A stretch of DNA of 64,000 nt, taken from positions 505,914 through 569,913 of the forward strand of contig WELA01001462.1 of the NCBI GenBank assembly GCA_009602735.1, read 5' to 3'. A program made the position numbers and the translations under genes. Source of the DNA: Mesotaenium endlicherianum. Lineage: Eukaryota. This document shows, in pieces, positions 23,284 to 34,826 of the stretch (position 1 is the stretch's first letter; each line of letters opens with the position of its first letter). Below the pieces are notes generated by a model. It saw nothing but the letters and a program-made list of their open reading frames with translations, was not told the DNA's origin and ran no database searches.

Positions 23284-26147
23284 AATTTATGAAGACATGA
23301 CATGAATGAGTTAATCATCTCGTAATTGATTATAGTTTTTATTTTTCAAAAAGGAAATTAATTGTTCACTCTGCCCCTGCATGATGATTACTTAAAATAA
23401 TTTAATGATTTTCAGAATTTTTGTTTTGATAAAATATTTTCAACAAGCCAAGCACACAAGTAAGTGATATATTAAGTTTAAGATGTATGTGATATATGGG
23501 CACTTCACAAAGTCATACTATGTGAAGCAGTCCATTGAAACGCTTGTTGCATCATGCTTTTTTTGCACATTATATTTGGTGCATATTTGCTAAAATCTCC
23601 ATAAGATAGATTACTTCTTCAATGGGCCCCAAATTTTGCACATGTAGTAAGTACTACATACATATCCCTGGTTGAATTCCCATGCCCTAAAAACTAAGGC
23701 TTGTAGAGATATGAAGACCCAAGTTTTGCAATTTTGGCGCTAGACGTTTTGGTGTCAGTCGTTTCGATTCTTTCACCTAAAACAAAATCATCTTGAAAAC
23801 AAAAGATGTGGTTAGCATAATTGTGATGTAAGCTTTCCATATCTGTGCTCCATGGTATAATTGGAGTACTATCGTGATCACAAAAAAATTCAGGAGTGAA
23901 GGCAGTAGATGCGTCAAAAACTGTGAGTTACCGTGGACTATCTGGTGTTAAGACGTATAATTTCCAACTACACATACCTCACGTACGTGCTGTACGTTGA
24001 CACGAGTACGGCGTATACGGAACTTCAAACTAGGGTCAAGCGGCTAAGATTGCCTACTGTCACCCAAGGGAATTGAAAAACATTTTTTGGAGATGCCTCA
24101 AGTATCCCGGGAGGAGTTATAACCAAGCCTATTGAGGGTGAGTTAGGTTCGGGCATTGCAGTTTTAACTGAAACGCTTACATTTGAGGTACTCAACACAG
24201 GCTTTTATGGTCTCGTGCTAGACAGGTTGTGGCTTAACAGACATCAAGCTAAAGTGTGTTGGAGCAGAGGTACAGTTTAAGTGAGAGGAGCCAGTGATGG
24301 GCAGACTAACTTGGCACCCACCAATGCTCTTCCTCTTGTCCTGTATGGATGGCAAATGAAGGAAAAGAAGAGGCTTCTAGGAGGATGCAAATTGCTGAAT
24401 GCAATGGAGTTCATCGAAAGCTGGAACTAGAAGGAAGACAGAATGTTCTGTCTGTTGCTGAAAGAGGTACCCCCTCAACCTGAAGAAGTGGTTGAGAAAA
24501 AGGTGAGCCCTCCGGAGCACCCTACTGCTGCAAAAATTGTTGCTCAGTATGATGATGTTTTTAACATGCCTCCAGGACTGCCCCCTAAGAGGGAGGTGGA
24601 TCATAAAATTGATCTGTTACCTGGGAGTCAGCCACCTTGACAACGCACTTATGACTTGTCTTATGTGGAAAGTGAAGAGTTGAAAACACAAATTGCAGAG
24701 TTGGAGGAGAATGGATATATTTCTCCCAGTAAATCACCTTATGGTGCACCCATCTTATTTGTTAAAACAAAGGATGGCAGTATGCAAATGTGTGTGGGTT
24801 AAAGAGCTCTGAACAGAATTATAGTAAAGAGCAAGTATGCTTTACCCAGAATAGAGGACTTCCTTGATACACTTTCTGGTGCTAAATTGTTTAGTAAGAT
24901 TAATCTCAAGAGTGGTCTTCATCAGATCAAAATTGCTGAGGGAGATGAACACAAGACTGCCTTCTGCACACAACTTGATGCCATTTGGACTGACTAATGC
25001 TCCTGCAACCTTCATGGGTGCTACAAATGACAATTTCAGACCTTACTTAGATAAGTTTGTGCAAGTCTTCTTGGATGACATTCTAATTTTATCTAAAAAT
25101 GAAGCTGAGCATGTTGAACACTTGAAGACAATATTGGACACTCTTTAAAAAAATCAATAAAATGCTAAAATGAGCAAGTGTGATTTCGTCAAGGAGAGTA
25201 TTAACTTCTTAGAACACATTGTCGGTAAGAAAGGCATAAGTGTGGATCCTAGGAAAGTGCAGACCATAAGGGACTGGCCAGTACCTCAATCTGTCTCAGA
25301 AGTTAAATCCTTTCTGGGGTTGGCTAATTACTATAGGAGATTTATGGAGAATCATTCCACAAAAACCAGTAAATTGACTGACCTTACTAAAAGGAACATA
25401 GGGTATGTGTGGAGGGAAGAGCAGCAAGCTGCCTTCCAGACCCTTAAAGATGCTCTGTGCTCTGCCCCTGTTCTCGCTGTGTATGACTAAATGAATCGAC
25501 TTACCAAATAGGCGATTAACAATTAATGAAGATCTTTAAATCAGCAAGTAATCTTTATGGTATTTTTTGTTAATAGATTCAACAACAGCAGACAACACAC
25601 TAGCAGTGGACAATACTTGCAAGCCAAATGGAAGTAAACTAGCATCAATAACGCAATCAGTAAACTCATACATAAGCAAGGCTAGAAGACAGTGCATATC
25701 AATGGCTTCTCGCCTTGGATTCATATCTCTCTCCGTAAACTGTACAAGAGAATTGGCCTCGTCTTCAAATGCCGAACTCGAGAGTAATACCTAGCATATG
25801 TACATGGAATGAGTTTGCTGTTCAACGGCCAGTGCGATGGCACCGCCTACCCGGGAGTTAACCACGTTGGTAGGACCTCGATTAACCAAATCCACCGCCA
25901 TCTCCCATCATCCCGAATCGCCATCCATCCCAAGGATGTCATCTGGCCATTCATCTAGCACACTACACTTAGATGCATATCTAGGCAGTTCGCTGCTACC
26001 GAGTACGAAAGTCAGCTGGCTGTCAAAGAATGTGTCAGCAAGCTGACCTGAGTTGACTTCAGCCTGCTGCTCCCGGCTGAATCATTAATCCGATTATTTA
26101 ATGAAGTCCTACAGACTCAATATTGACTAAAGTTCAGCAGGCTGAAC

Positions 26148-28055
26148 TTATTTAACTATTATATTTAAATGTATATTATATCCACCAATGTACTGATTCA
26201 TTACAATCCCTCCAACGTAACAGGCCGTCGCCTCGACAACACTAACACTGGTTACATGGTCTTCCCCAACTGAAAGTACTGATCTTCCTCCCACCGCCTC
26301 TTGCTCCAACACTGATGCCTCACTATAGGGATCACTAGTAACAGTGTGCTGTCCCTCCGCTGTCAGCCTACTGCCCTTATGAGGGAGATGTTCCTGGGGC
26401 TCTATGGTTTGGGGGGCGAGACCGGGAGCCAAACCTCCTCGTTCTGTCATGGGGTCTCCTAAAGCCTGGGGTCTCCGAGTAAAAGGAACCAAGGGGAGAA
26501 CGCAATAACTGGACAATTTTCTCCTGCAAAGTCTAAAAATGAAGGGAGGCAGCCTTCTCCTGGGCATCCTTCAAGCCGACAGGTACATATACCGGCATCC
26601 CATAAGGATGTTGCATGACATGAGCCAAGGACACATGTCCTGTCTGCGAGGGAGATGCTGGCAGGCCTTTCCCTAGCAGCCCTCTTGTCTGCCCTGTCTA
26701 ACTGGGTCTCTGCGCCTGCAGATGGGCTCTGTCCTCTCGCAGGTCCCAGCCAAGTGATATCTTCCTCTTCAGCGAGCTGGTGCAGAGCTATGTGTGCCCT
26801 AGCCAACCCAGTCTTCTTCATTACAGGGGATGTGGCAGGTGCCTGGGTCACAACGGGGCTAGTGTCCTCTTCCTTGCCTTCCTCCTCTTCTTCCTCTGAC
26901 TCCTCTTCTTCCCTTGGCTCCTCTGAGACTGTTGGGGTCTCCTCTGTCAGCTGCTCCAGCTCTTCACGAGGAAAATACCCCAGTGACCTTCCCCTTTTGG
27001 ATGCTGGTGGGGGCTGTTGAGTCCTGACCGCATACAAGTCTATCTCTTCCTGCTTGCTTGCCCATTTGGCATAAGCGTGCTTCCCTTTAGAGAATGACTC
27101 TCGGGCCCTGCCCCTGTCCTCTCGCATTTCTTGGCTCATGCAGTCTCTTTCTCCATCCAGTCTTGGGTCCCAAGCTGCAATGTGAGGGGGCAACACTATG
27201 TTCCCCTGAAGGTCTGTTAGGAAATCTTCCTCCCCTGCCCTGTCATTTTGCTAGTCCCTCGTGTTAATGGTCGTCCACCGCCAATCGGTGGGCTTTTGGA
27301 AGAAGGCGGTCTGTCCTTTTCAGCGTACAGGGGTACCAATGCCCTGCAAAGTCCAGTTGAATGGTTTCCCTGGCTAAGAATTCCCAGCTCCTTCTCTCCA
27401 CCTTGTTATACATGGCCTTGAACCCGTTATAGGATGTAGAGTCCTTAAAGCTAACCGCGTCTATGGAGATCATCCTGATGATCCTATCTTTCCCCCAGAT
27501 ACCCGAAATCGATACAGCTTCTTCCTCATTCACGTGGGCCATTGCCTTGGCCTCTTTGACCGTATATCCTACCATCCTTGCATAATCGTGGTAGAGGAGG
27601 AGTCCTGTGCTGACCTCTATATACTTGTCAAAGTTCTCAGATGTCTCCCCTTCCCTCTGCAGGATGTTCTGCTGCAACTTACTGCGACTTCTCTGGGCAT
27701 ACTTGAAGGCCTCCTCCAGTAGATCAAAGCCCTTGCCCAGCACTCTGTAGCGGTAGCTGCTGATTCTCCTCTGTACTTCTTCTTCAGCCTGCTGCTTCCG
27801 CCTTTCCTCAACTTGCCTCTCCTCATTTGCCTTCTTGGCCTCCTCTGCAGCTTGTCTATCCAGTTCTTCCTGCCTCAACCTGGCCTGTTCCTCCTCCTCC
27901 TTCTTCGTTCGCGCCTCCCGCTGTTGTTGGAGTCGTGATTCCCAAGCGGAGATGGAGGATGATTTGATGTCGCCACGAAATTGCAAGTATTCTGCATCTG
28001 CCTCTTTCGCTCTTCTCTTCCTCTTAAGTTCCGACTTCTGAGTCATCCTGCTCAA
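26148..28055 (-). pseudogene. Extra 3' ORF (ORF3) of family A, copy A2; coiled-coil/acidic protein of unknown function
   Basis: ORFs 27264..28055, 26459..27196 and 26148..26567 lie in the element sense between pol and the 3' LTR. Homologue at 52.4-53.45 kb. Confidence 0.65.
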
Positions 28056-28389
28056 TCATAAACACAATGAAGTTAGTGAAGTCATGGTACTTCGCCGCTA
28101 CTAAGTACCCTTGGTGGAGAAGAACGTGGTAGGGAGAGTTCCAAGTGTGTAATACCTTGTGTGAGTGAATAGAAGAGGAGAATTGAGTCAGAGAGAAAAA
28201 GTGAGTGTGAGCGCAGGTGAAGTGTGTAAAATAATTACATAAAAGCACACTCCCTCCAACTTAATTTGAAGGTGGGCTGCCTGTCACAACTGTCACTACC
28301 TGTCACTAACTGTCACGTTTAACTGTCACATTCCCCTCCAACTTACTTGGAGACAAGACCTCCTGTCAGCTGTCCAGGGCGACTAAAAT

Positions 28390-31300
28390 GACAGTTAGGG
28401 AGGGGTGCTAGCAGCCCAGAGGTGGAACCGCTTCAACGCCCCTTTGGCATTGATCAGCTGGTCTTTAAATTCCCAAGTATCCCCAGAGGCATTGTAACCC
28501 TTCCATCTGACTAGGTACTGTTAGATGATCGACTGACAGAGCGAGCGTCTAAAATATCCTCGACCTCATTCTCCTCAGGGTCACCATCCCGGACAGCGGG
28601 GACCAGTCCCGGTTGGACACGTAACCGACCTGTGAACAGTGTGTCACCTTTTGATGTACGGTTTCAGGAAGCAGACATTCAAGACTCGCTGACCCTTGTA
28701 TTCTGCTGACATGTTCAGTTTGTAAGCATTCTGACCGACACGGCGCACCACCGAATATGGACCGACTCAGACTAGACCAAGCTTTTCCTTGACCACACCA
28801 GGCAGGTGTAGGTGTTGAGAATGCAATTTGACCAAATCGCCCTTAGAAAATGTCAGCTCTCGACGGTGTTGATTAGCGTAATTTTGTTGATTTACTTGGG
28901 CTTTGAGCAGGTTTTGTTGGACTTCTGACAGGGTGTCAGCAAACTCCTAGGTTAACTGGAGGGAGACCGGATTGTCAATCCCTTGAGGGTGAGTTGAAGA
29001 TTCCCCTAGAACGTCTAAGGGAGACTTAGGGACTCTATCCAGGCTCACTTCAAAAGGAGTCTTGCCCGCTGACGCGTGCACCGCCCTGTTGACCGCAAAC
29101 TGGATTTGAGGTAACGGGTTATCCCTATTGTCTTGTTTTTTGTTAATATATGCTCTCATCACCTCTTGCAGAACTCAATTAGTTCTTTCAGTCTGCCCAT
29201 CAGTCTGAGGGTGGTTTGCCGTGCTGAGCAGCTGTTTGGCTCCCATTAACCCCATTAAAGCTCTTCAGAACTTAGAGGTAAATTTTGAGTCTTTGTCTGA
29301 GATGATATTAGAGGGTAGCCCATGTTGGCATACTACATGGTTGTAAACTGTCTTGCTGTTTCGAGTGCAGTTACTTTGACAGTTGTGGGGATGAAAATGA
29401 CCATTTTTGTCAGCTTATCCACAACTACCAGTATCGAATCATGCCCATTGGCAGTTCGTGGCAGTGTTACCACCCTGTCCATGGATATTGTTTCCCAGCG
29501 TCCAGCTGGGATGGGCGGAGGTTGTAAGAGGCCCCCCGGTGCTGTGTGTCTAAACTTATTCCTTTGACACTGATCACATGACTTAACGTATTTCAAGACC
29601 TCCCGAGGCAATCCCTCCCAGTGATAATGTTTTGCCAGTTTGCCAACGGTTTTGGCCTGCCCCAAATGCCCACCCAATAAACTGTCATGTGTTTGACTCA
29701 GTAAAAGGGACCTTATTTCCAAGTTATTGGGAGTGACCAGCTTCAGCCACTCAGACCCCTCGCTTAAGCTTATACCCTAGTGCAGTAGTTGGACGCACAC
29801 CATCAGTGGGGCTGGGCTCAAATGTTGGGTCAGAAAGGTAGGCTTTCCTAAGTTTGTTCAAGGAAGGATTTTTTCACCTTTAGTGAAGTGAGTGCACACA
29901 GGTTTTTATCTACAGCATACTGATTGAAGTTCCTTTCTAGCAATTCGGGTCTTCTAGAGAGTGCATCAGCAGGAATCAACTTCCCTGGTTTGTAGTCGAT
30001 CTGGACTTGAAACTGCTCCAGCATCTGGCTCCAGCGGTTCTCCCTCCTGGACAGCTTGGACTTCTTCTGGAAGTGAGTCAGAGCTAGATGATCTGTAATC
30101 ACCTTAAAAGCTTTACCATGTAAGTATGCTCTCCACTGTGTGAGCACATGAATGATAACTAGCAGCTCTTTATCATGCACTGAGTAATTAATCTCCGCTG
30201 GATTAAATTTCATAGACTCATACAACACAGGATGCCACGCCTCCCGTACCTTACCATCCTTTGTGGTTTTGTCAGCAGGCTGCAACAAAATAGCACCCAT
30301 GGCAAAGTCAGAGGCATCAGTAACCACCTGCACCGGTTTGCTGGGGTCATACACGGCTAGCACTGGGGCAGAACAGAGGGCATCTTTAAGGGCCTGGAAG
30401 GCAGCCTGCTGCTCTTCCCCCCACACATACCCGATGTCTTTCTTAGTAAGGTCAGTCAGTTTACTGGCCTTTGTAAAAATAAATCTTAATAAATGTCCTA
30501 TAGTAGTTAGCCAACTCAAGGAAGGATCTAATTTCGAAGACAGATTGTGGTACAGGCCAGTTCTTTATGGTCAGGACCTTCTTAGGATCCACACTGATGC
30601 CTTCTTTGCTGACAACATGGTCTAGAAATTCAATACTTTCCTTGAAGAAATCACACTTGCTCATTTAAGCATACAATTGGTTTCTTCTCAGGGTGTCCAT
30701 AACTGTCTTTAAGTGTTCAGCATGCTGAGCTTCATCTTTAGAGAAGATTAAAATATCATCTACAAAGACTTGCACAAATTTATCCAGGTAAGGTCTGAAA
30801 ATGTCATTCATAGCGCCCATGAAGGTTGCAGGAGCATTAGTCAGTCCAAATGGCATCAAGTTGTGTGCGGAAGGCAGTTTTTTGTTCATCCCCCTCAGCA
30901 ATTTTGATGATAACCACTCTTGAGATCTATCTTACTGAACACTTTAGCACCAGACAGGGTATCAAGCAAGTCCTCGATTCTGGGGAAAGCATACTTGTTT
31001 TACACTGTAATTCTGTTAAGAGCTCTGTAATCAACTCACGTTCGCATACTCCCATCCTTCTTCGTAACAAAGAGGATGGGTGCGCCATAGGGTGATAAAC
31101 TGGAGGAAATGTAACCATTTTCCTCAAACTCTGCAATCTGTGTTTTCAAGTGTTCTTTTTACTCATCGCTTTCCACATAGGACAAGCCATAAGTGCGTTG
31201 CCAGGGTGGCTGACTCCCAGGTAATAAGTCAATCCTATGATCCACTTCCCTCTCAGGAGGTAGTCCTGGAGGTATATTGAAAACATCAGCATACTGAGCA

Positions 31301-32160
31301 ACAATTTTTGCAGCAGTTGGGTGCGCCGGAGGTCTTACCTTTTTCTCAGCCATTTCTTCAGGTTGCGGGGGTACCTCTCTTAGCAGCACACAAAACATTC
31401 TGTCTTCCTTCTGGTTCCAGCTTTTGATGAACTCTATTGCATTCAACAATTTGCATCCTCCTAGAAGCCTCTCCTTTTTCTTCATTTGCCATCGATACAG
31501 GACAAGAGGAAGAGCACTGGTGGGTGCCAAGTTAGTCTGCCTATCACTGGCTCCTCTCACTTTGACTGTACCTCTGCTCCAACGCACTTCAACTTGATGT
31601 TTATTAAGCCAAGACCTGCCTAGCACGAGATCATAAAAACCAGTGTTGAGTACCTCAAATGTAAGCGTTTCAATTAGAACTGCAATGCCAAAACCTGACT
31701 GGACCTCAATAGGCTTGGTTATGATTCCTCCCGGGATACTTGAGGCATCTCCAAGGAATATTTTTCGATAACCTTGGGTGACAGTAAGCAGCCTTAGCAG
31801 CTTAACTAAGTCCTTATGGATGAAATTATGTGACGCCCCTCCGTCAACAAATGCCCTCACCTTCCTACCTGCAATTATGCAATGCAGTAGGATAGGGGGG
31901 ACTGTCTTTTCCTGACTTTTGTATTTTTCTCCTGACTTAGCAAAGAAATGTTGGACATCAGGTGGAACAAGATCATCCAAAGTGTGCACTCTCTGGAAAT
32001 CCATTTTGCTGATGGTCTCCTTTATCTGGTTGTCAGGCATGCATAGTGAATCCAGTTCAGCAGGACTCACAACACCTGCTACGAGGGCAGCTAGTGACGA
32101 CTCACTATCTCTAGCATCCTCACAGGCAATAGACTGGATTACTGACTGCTGCTGTCTTTT
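28390..32160 (-). pseudogene. pol: A2 pol pseudogene (PR-RT-RH-IN-chromodomain)
   Basis: ORF fragments contain [33 protein letters not shown]...CDQC and ISMD; many frameshifts. Confidence 0.88.
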
Positions 32161-33601
32161 AAAGGCTGGTCTTTTCTCTCAACCTTTGGGACGTGCTTGT
32201 CTGGACACTGCTCTCTGAAGTGACCCGTCTGCTGGCAATGGAAGCAACAGATTTTACTGAGGCTGGTCTCGGCTTAGTCCTACCACCACCTCTTTCATAG
32301 CCGCCTCGAGGGAAACCACCTCTCCCTCTGGACTGCATAGCATTGTACTCTTACTCATATTCATCACCCTGATTATCCTCAGCCTGGTCTCCTTCAATTG
32401 CGCTGCTGGAACCGTGGGGCTTTTTGACAACCTTAGTCACCAAAGCATTACTCTGGCGCTTGTGATTGAACTGCTGCTGATCCCAGGCATCAGCATCCTG
32501 GATCAAGTCAGCAAGTTTCTCATACTTCTTTTCAGCAAAATGACCAGAGACTTCGGATTTCAAGCCATGCCTGAAGTTTGCTATCCTGTACCGCTCTGGC
32601 AAGTCTGGCTGCTTCATCATGTTCTCCTGGAAGTTTTGAGAAAACTCAGCAACTGAAGTGGTCTACTTCAGTGTCAATAGGATCATCGCATAGATACCTT
32701 TCTCCTGCTGGTTGATCACATCAAACTTCTCATGAAGTTTCTCGACAAACTCTACCCAAGTAGGGTCACCGAGTTGTTAGGCATTACGCTCTCCTTTCCA
32801 ATACAGCCACCAGTCTGCTGCACTACCTTTCAATAGTGCACCAGTGTGCCTGACCTTCTCCTAATCCGGCAGTTCTAGGTAGTTCTCCAGCCACTGCTCA
32901 ACATCAGCGAGAAACTTGATTTGGTAATACTTTTTGTTCCCCTCAGGTTCATAATCCTGGGGAGGTTTCGGCTTGGGCTTACTAGGCCCTCTGCCACCAC
33001 CACTAGTGGTTTGAGAACCCTGTTGATCTTTGTCCCGCAGCAGAGACATTATGATTCTCTTGTCCTCCTGTTGGGACTGATACATGCTCGCCATTTGCGA
33101 TTGCATTTGCACGAATAATGCTCCCAAATCCGCACTCTGAGGTGGGAGTCTAGCAAATGCAGCAATAGCAGTGGCATGATCTTGATGAGTAGTGTCCTCA
33201 ACAGTCCCTCTAGCTCCTGCAGCAGCAATTCCTGCCGCATTCAGCCGGTCACGAATTTGACCTAGGGGCACATTGAGTTGTACAGCAGGAGGTGGGTTTG
33301 GAACATTGGCCCTTGATGCCATAAGTTCTTCGACAGTGCGCTCGTCCGCTGGCTGTCCTTCCCTCCTTTCTGTATCTTCAGCAGCCTTTGCTATTCTGGC
33401 TTTCTACTCCTCAGCCTGCTGTGCTGCGACAGAGGCAATAGCAGTTGCGTCATCTGCAACCTCTCTTGCTGCAGTACCTGCCAGTGCTTCGGAATAGGTA
33501 CGTGTTCCCGCTACATGGCTTTCCGCCTGATTTTTGACATTCTCGTTATCCTGGTTCTCCATGTCTTGGGAGTTGCTAGTTTGAGACCTTGTCCTTATCA
33601 T
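32150..33601 (-). pseudogene. gag: A2 gag pseudogene
   Basis: Fragments 33404..33601, 32861..33322 and 32351..32620 are homologous to A0 gag. Confidence 0.82.
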
Positions 33602-34403
33602 ACAAAGAAGACTGTGATAATAGCTCCGATACTTCTAATACAAATTGACTTACCAAATAAGCGATTAACAATTAATGAAGATCTTTATATCAGCAAGTAA
33701 TCTTTATGGTATTTTTTGTTGATTGATTTAACAGAAAAAAGACAACACACTAGCAGTGGACAATACTCGCAAGTCAAATGGAAGTAAACTAGCATCAATA
33801 ATGCAATCGATAAACTCACACATCAGCAAGGCTAGGAGACAGTGCATATCAACGGCTTCTCGCCTTCGATTGAGATCTCTCTCAGTAAGCTGTACAAAAG
33901 AGTTGGCCTCGTTTCCGAATGCCCAACTCGAGGGCAATACCTAACATATGTACATGGAATGAGTTTATTGTTCAACGGCAAGTGCAATGGCACCGCTTAC
34001 CCGGGAGTTAACCACGTTGGTAGGACCTCGGTTAACCAAATCCACCGCCATCTCCCATCATCCCGAATCGCCATCCATCCGAAGGATGTCATCTGGCCAT
34101 TCATCTAGCACACCACACCTAGATGCACATCTAGGCAGTTTGCTGCTACTGAGTACGGAAGTCAACTGGCTATCAAAGAATGTGTCAGCAAGCTGACCTA
34201 GTAGACTTCAGCTTGCTGCTCCCGGTTGAGTCATTAAACTAATAATTATATGCCCTAACCCTCTGCATCTTTTTGCAGCTGCAACATATAACTTCGTGTC
34301 TGCGCCTCCAACTATTTTGGCACATTCAGTAAGCTGCATATTACTGAGGCCTATGAACTTAATTTCATGAAAACATAGACCCGCCTTTGTATCCTACTGC
34401 CTT

Positions 34404-34826
34404 ATGTCTATCTGCGTCATGGAATATGGTGAAGAATCTCTGCGAACGTTAGAAGGAATAAGTCTCCATTTGTGGATCAAATCATGCATTAGAGATTGTA
34501 ATGAAGACTTCAAGAGTATGCTAGAAATCATGGACAAAACTGTGAACGACCTACGGGCTTGTACTATGCGCATGCAGCGCTTTGTTGTGGCTTACAAGGA
34601 GCGTATAAAAGCTGATGAAATAATCACTCCACCACTTGTTATGAGAATTATTAGAACACACTTCTGGTTAGAAGAAGCAAGGGAGTACTGCAATACAATA
34701 CTTCACAGGTTGGACAAGGCTGTCAACATTCAAAGTAGCATGGCTGATGGTATGCGGGCACTACAGGCAGGAGCTAACAGTATTCTTGACGCAATCCTAG
34801 AGTACGAGTTTTTTTGTCTTGGGTGA
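34404..34826 (+). CDS. Hypothetical 140-aa helical protein
   Basis: ATG-initiated ORF with protein-like composition in non-repeated sequence. No recognisable motif. Confidence 0.3.
   Translation: MSICVMEYGEESLRTLEGISLHLWIKSCIRDCNEDFKSMLEIMDKTVNDLRACTMRMQRFVVAYKERIKADEIITPPLVMRIIRTHFWLEEAREYCNTILHRLDKAVNIQSSMADGMRALQAGANSILDAILEYEFFCLG

Larger units (their letters stand above)
12974..24036 (+). mobile_element. piggyBac-like DNA transposon (degenerate), inserted in the A1 protease region
   Basis: A1 pol breaks at TTAA (12970-12973) and resumes at TCAAGCGGCTAAG (24037). The right end reads ...CTAGGG and the imperfect TIRs share CCTA.TTT.AA...CCGTA. It contains a piggyBac transposase pseudogene. 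Confidence 0.8.
4930..25487 (+). mobile_element. Ty3/gypsy family A, copy A1 (degenerate, 3'-truncated; hosts element C and the piggyBac with D)
   Basis: 5' LTR 4930-5646 and PBS TGGTATCAAAGC 5648-5659. Gag fragments at 5681-5849 and ~11487-12620. Pol fragments at ~12620-12973 and 24037-25487 (protease, RT VQVFLDD) with many stops. Confidence 0.85.
25488..34251 (-). mobile_element. Ty3/gypsy family A, copy A2 (degenerate; 5' LTR truncated)
   Basis: 3' LTR 25488-26205 and PPT (rc of 26206-26215). Extra ORF region, pol ~28390-32160, gag ~32150-33601, degenerate PBS ~33623-33634. 5' LTR ~33636-34251. Confidence 0.9.
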
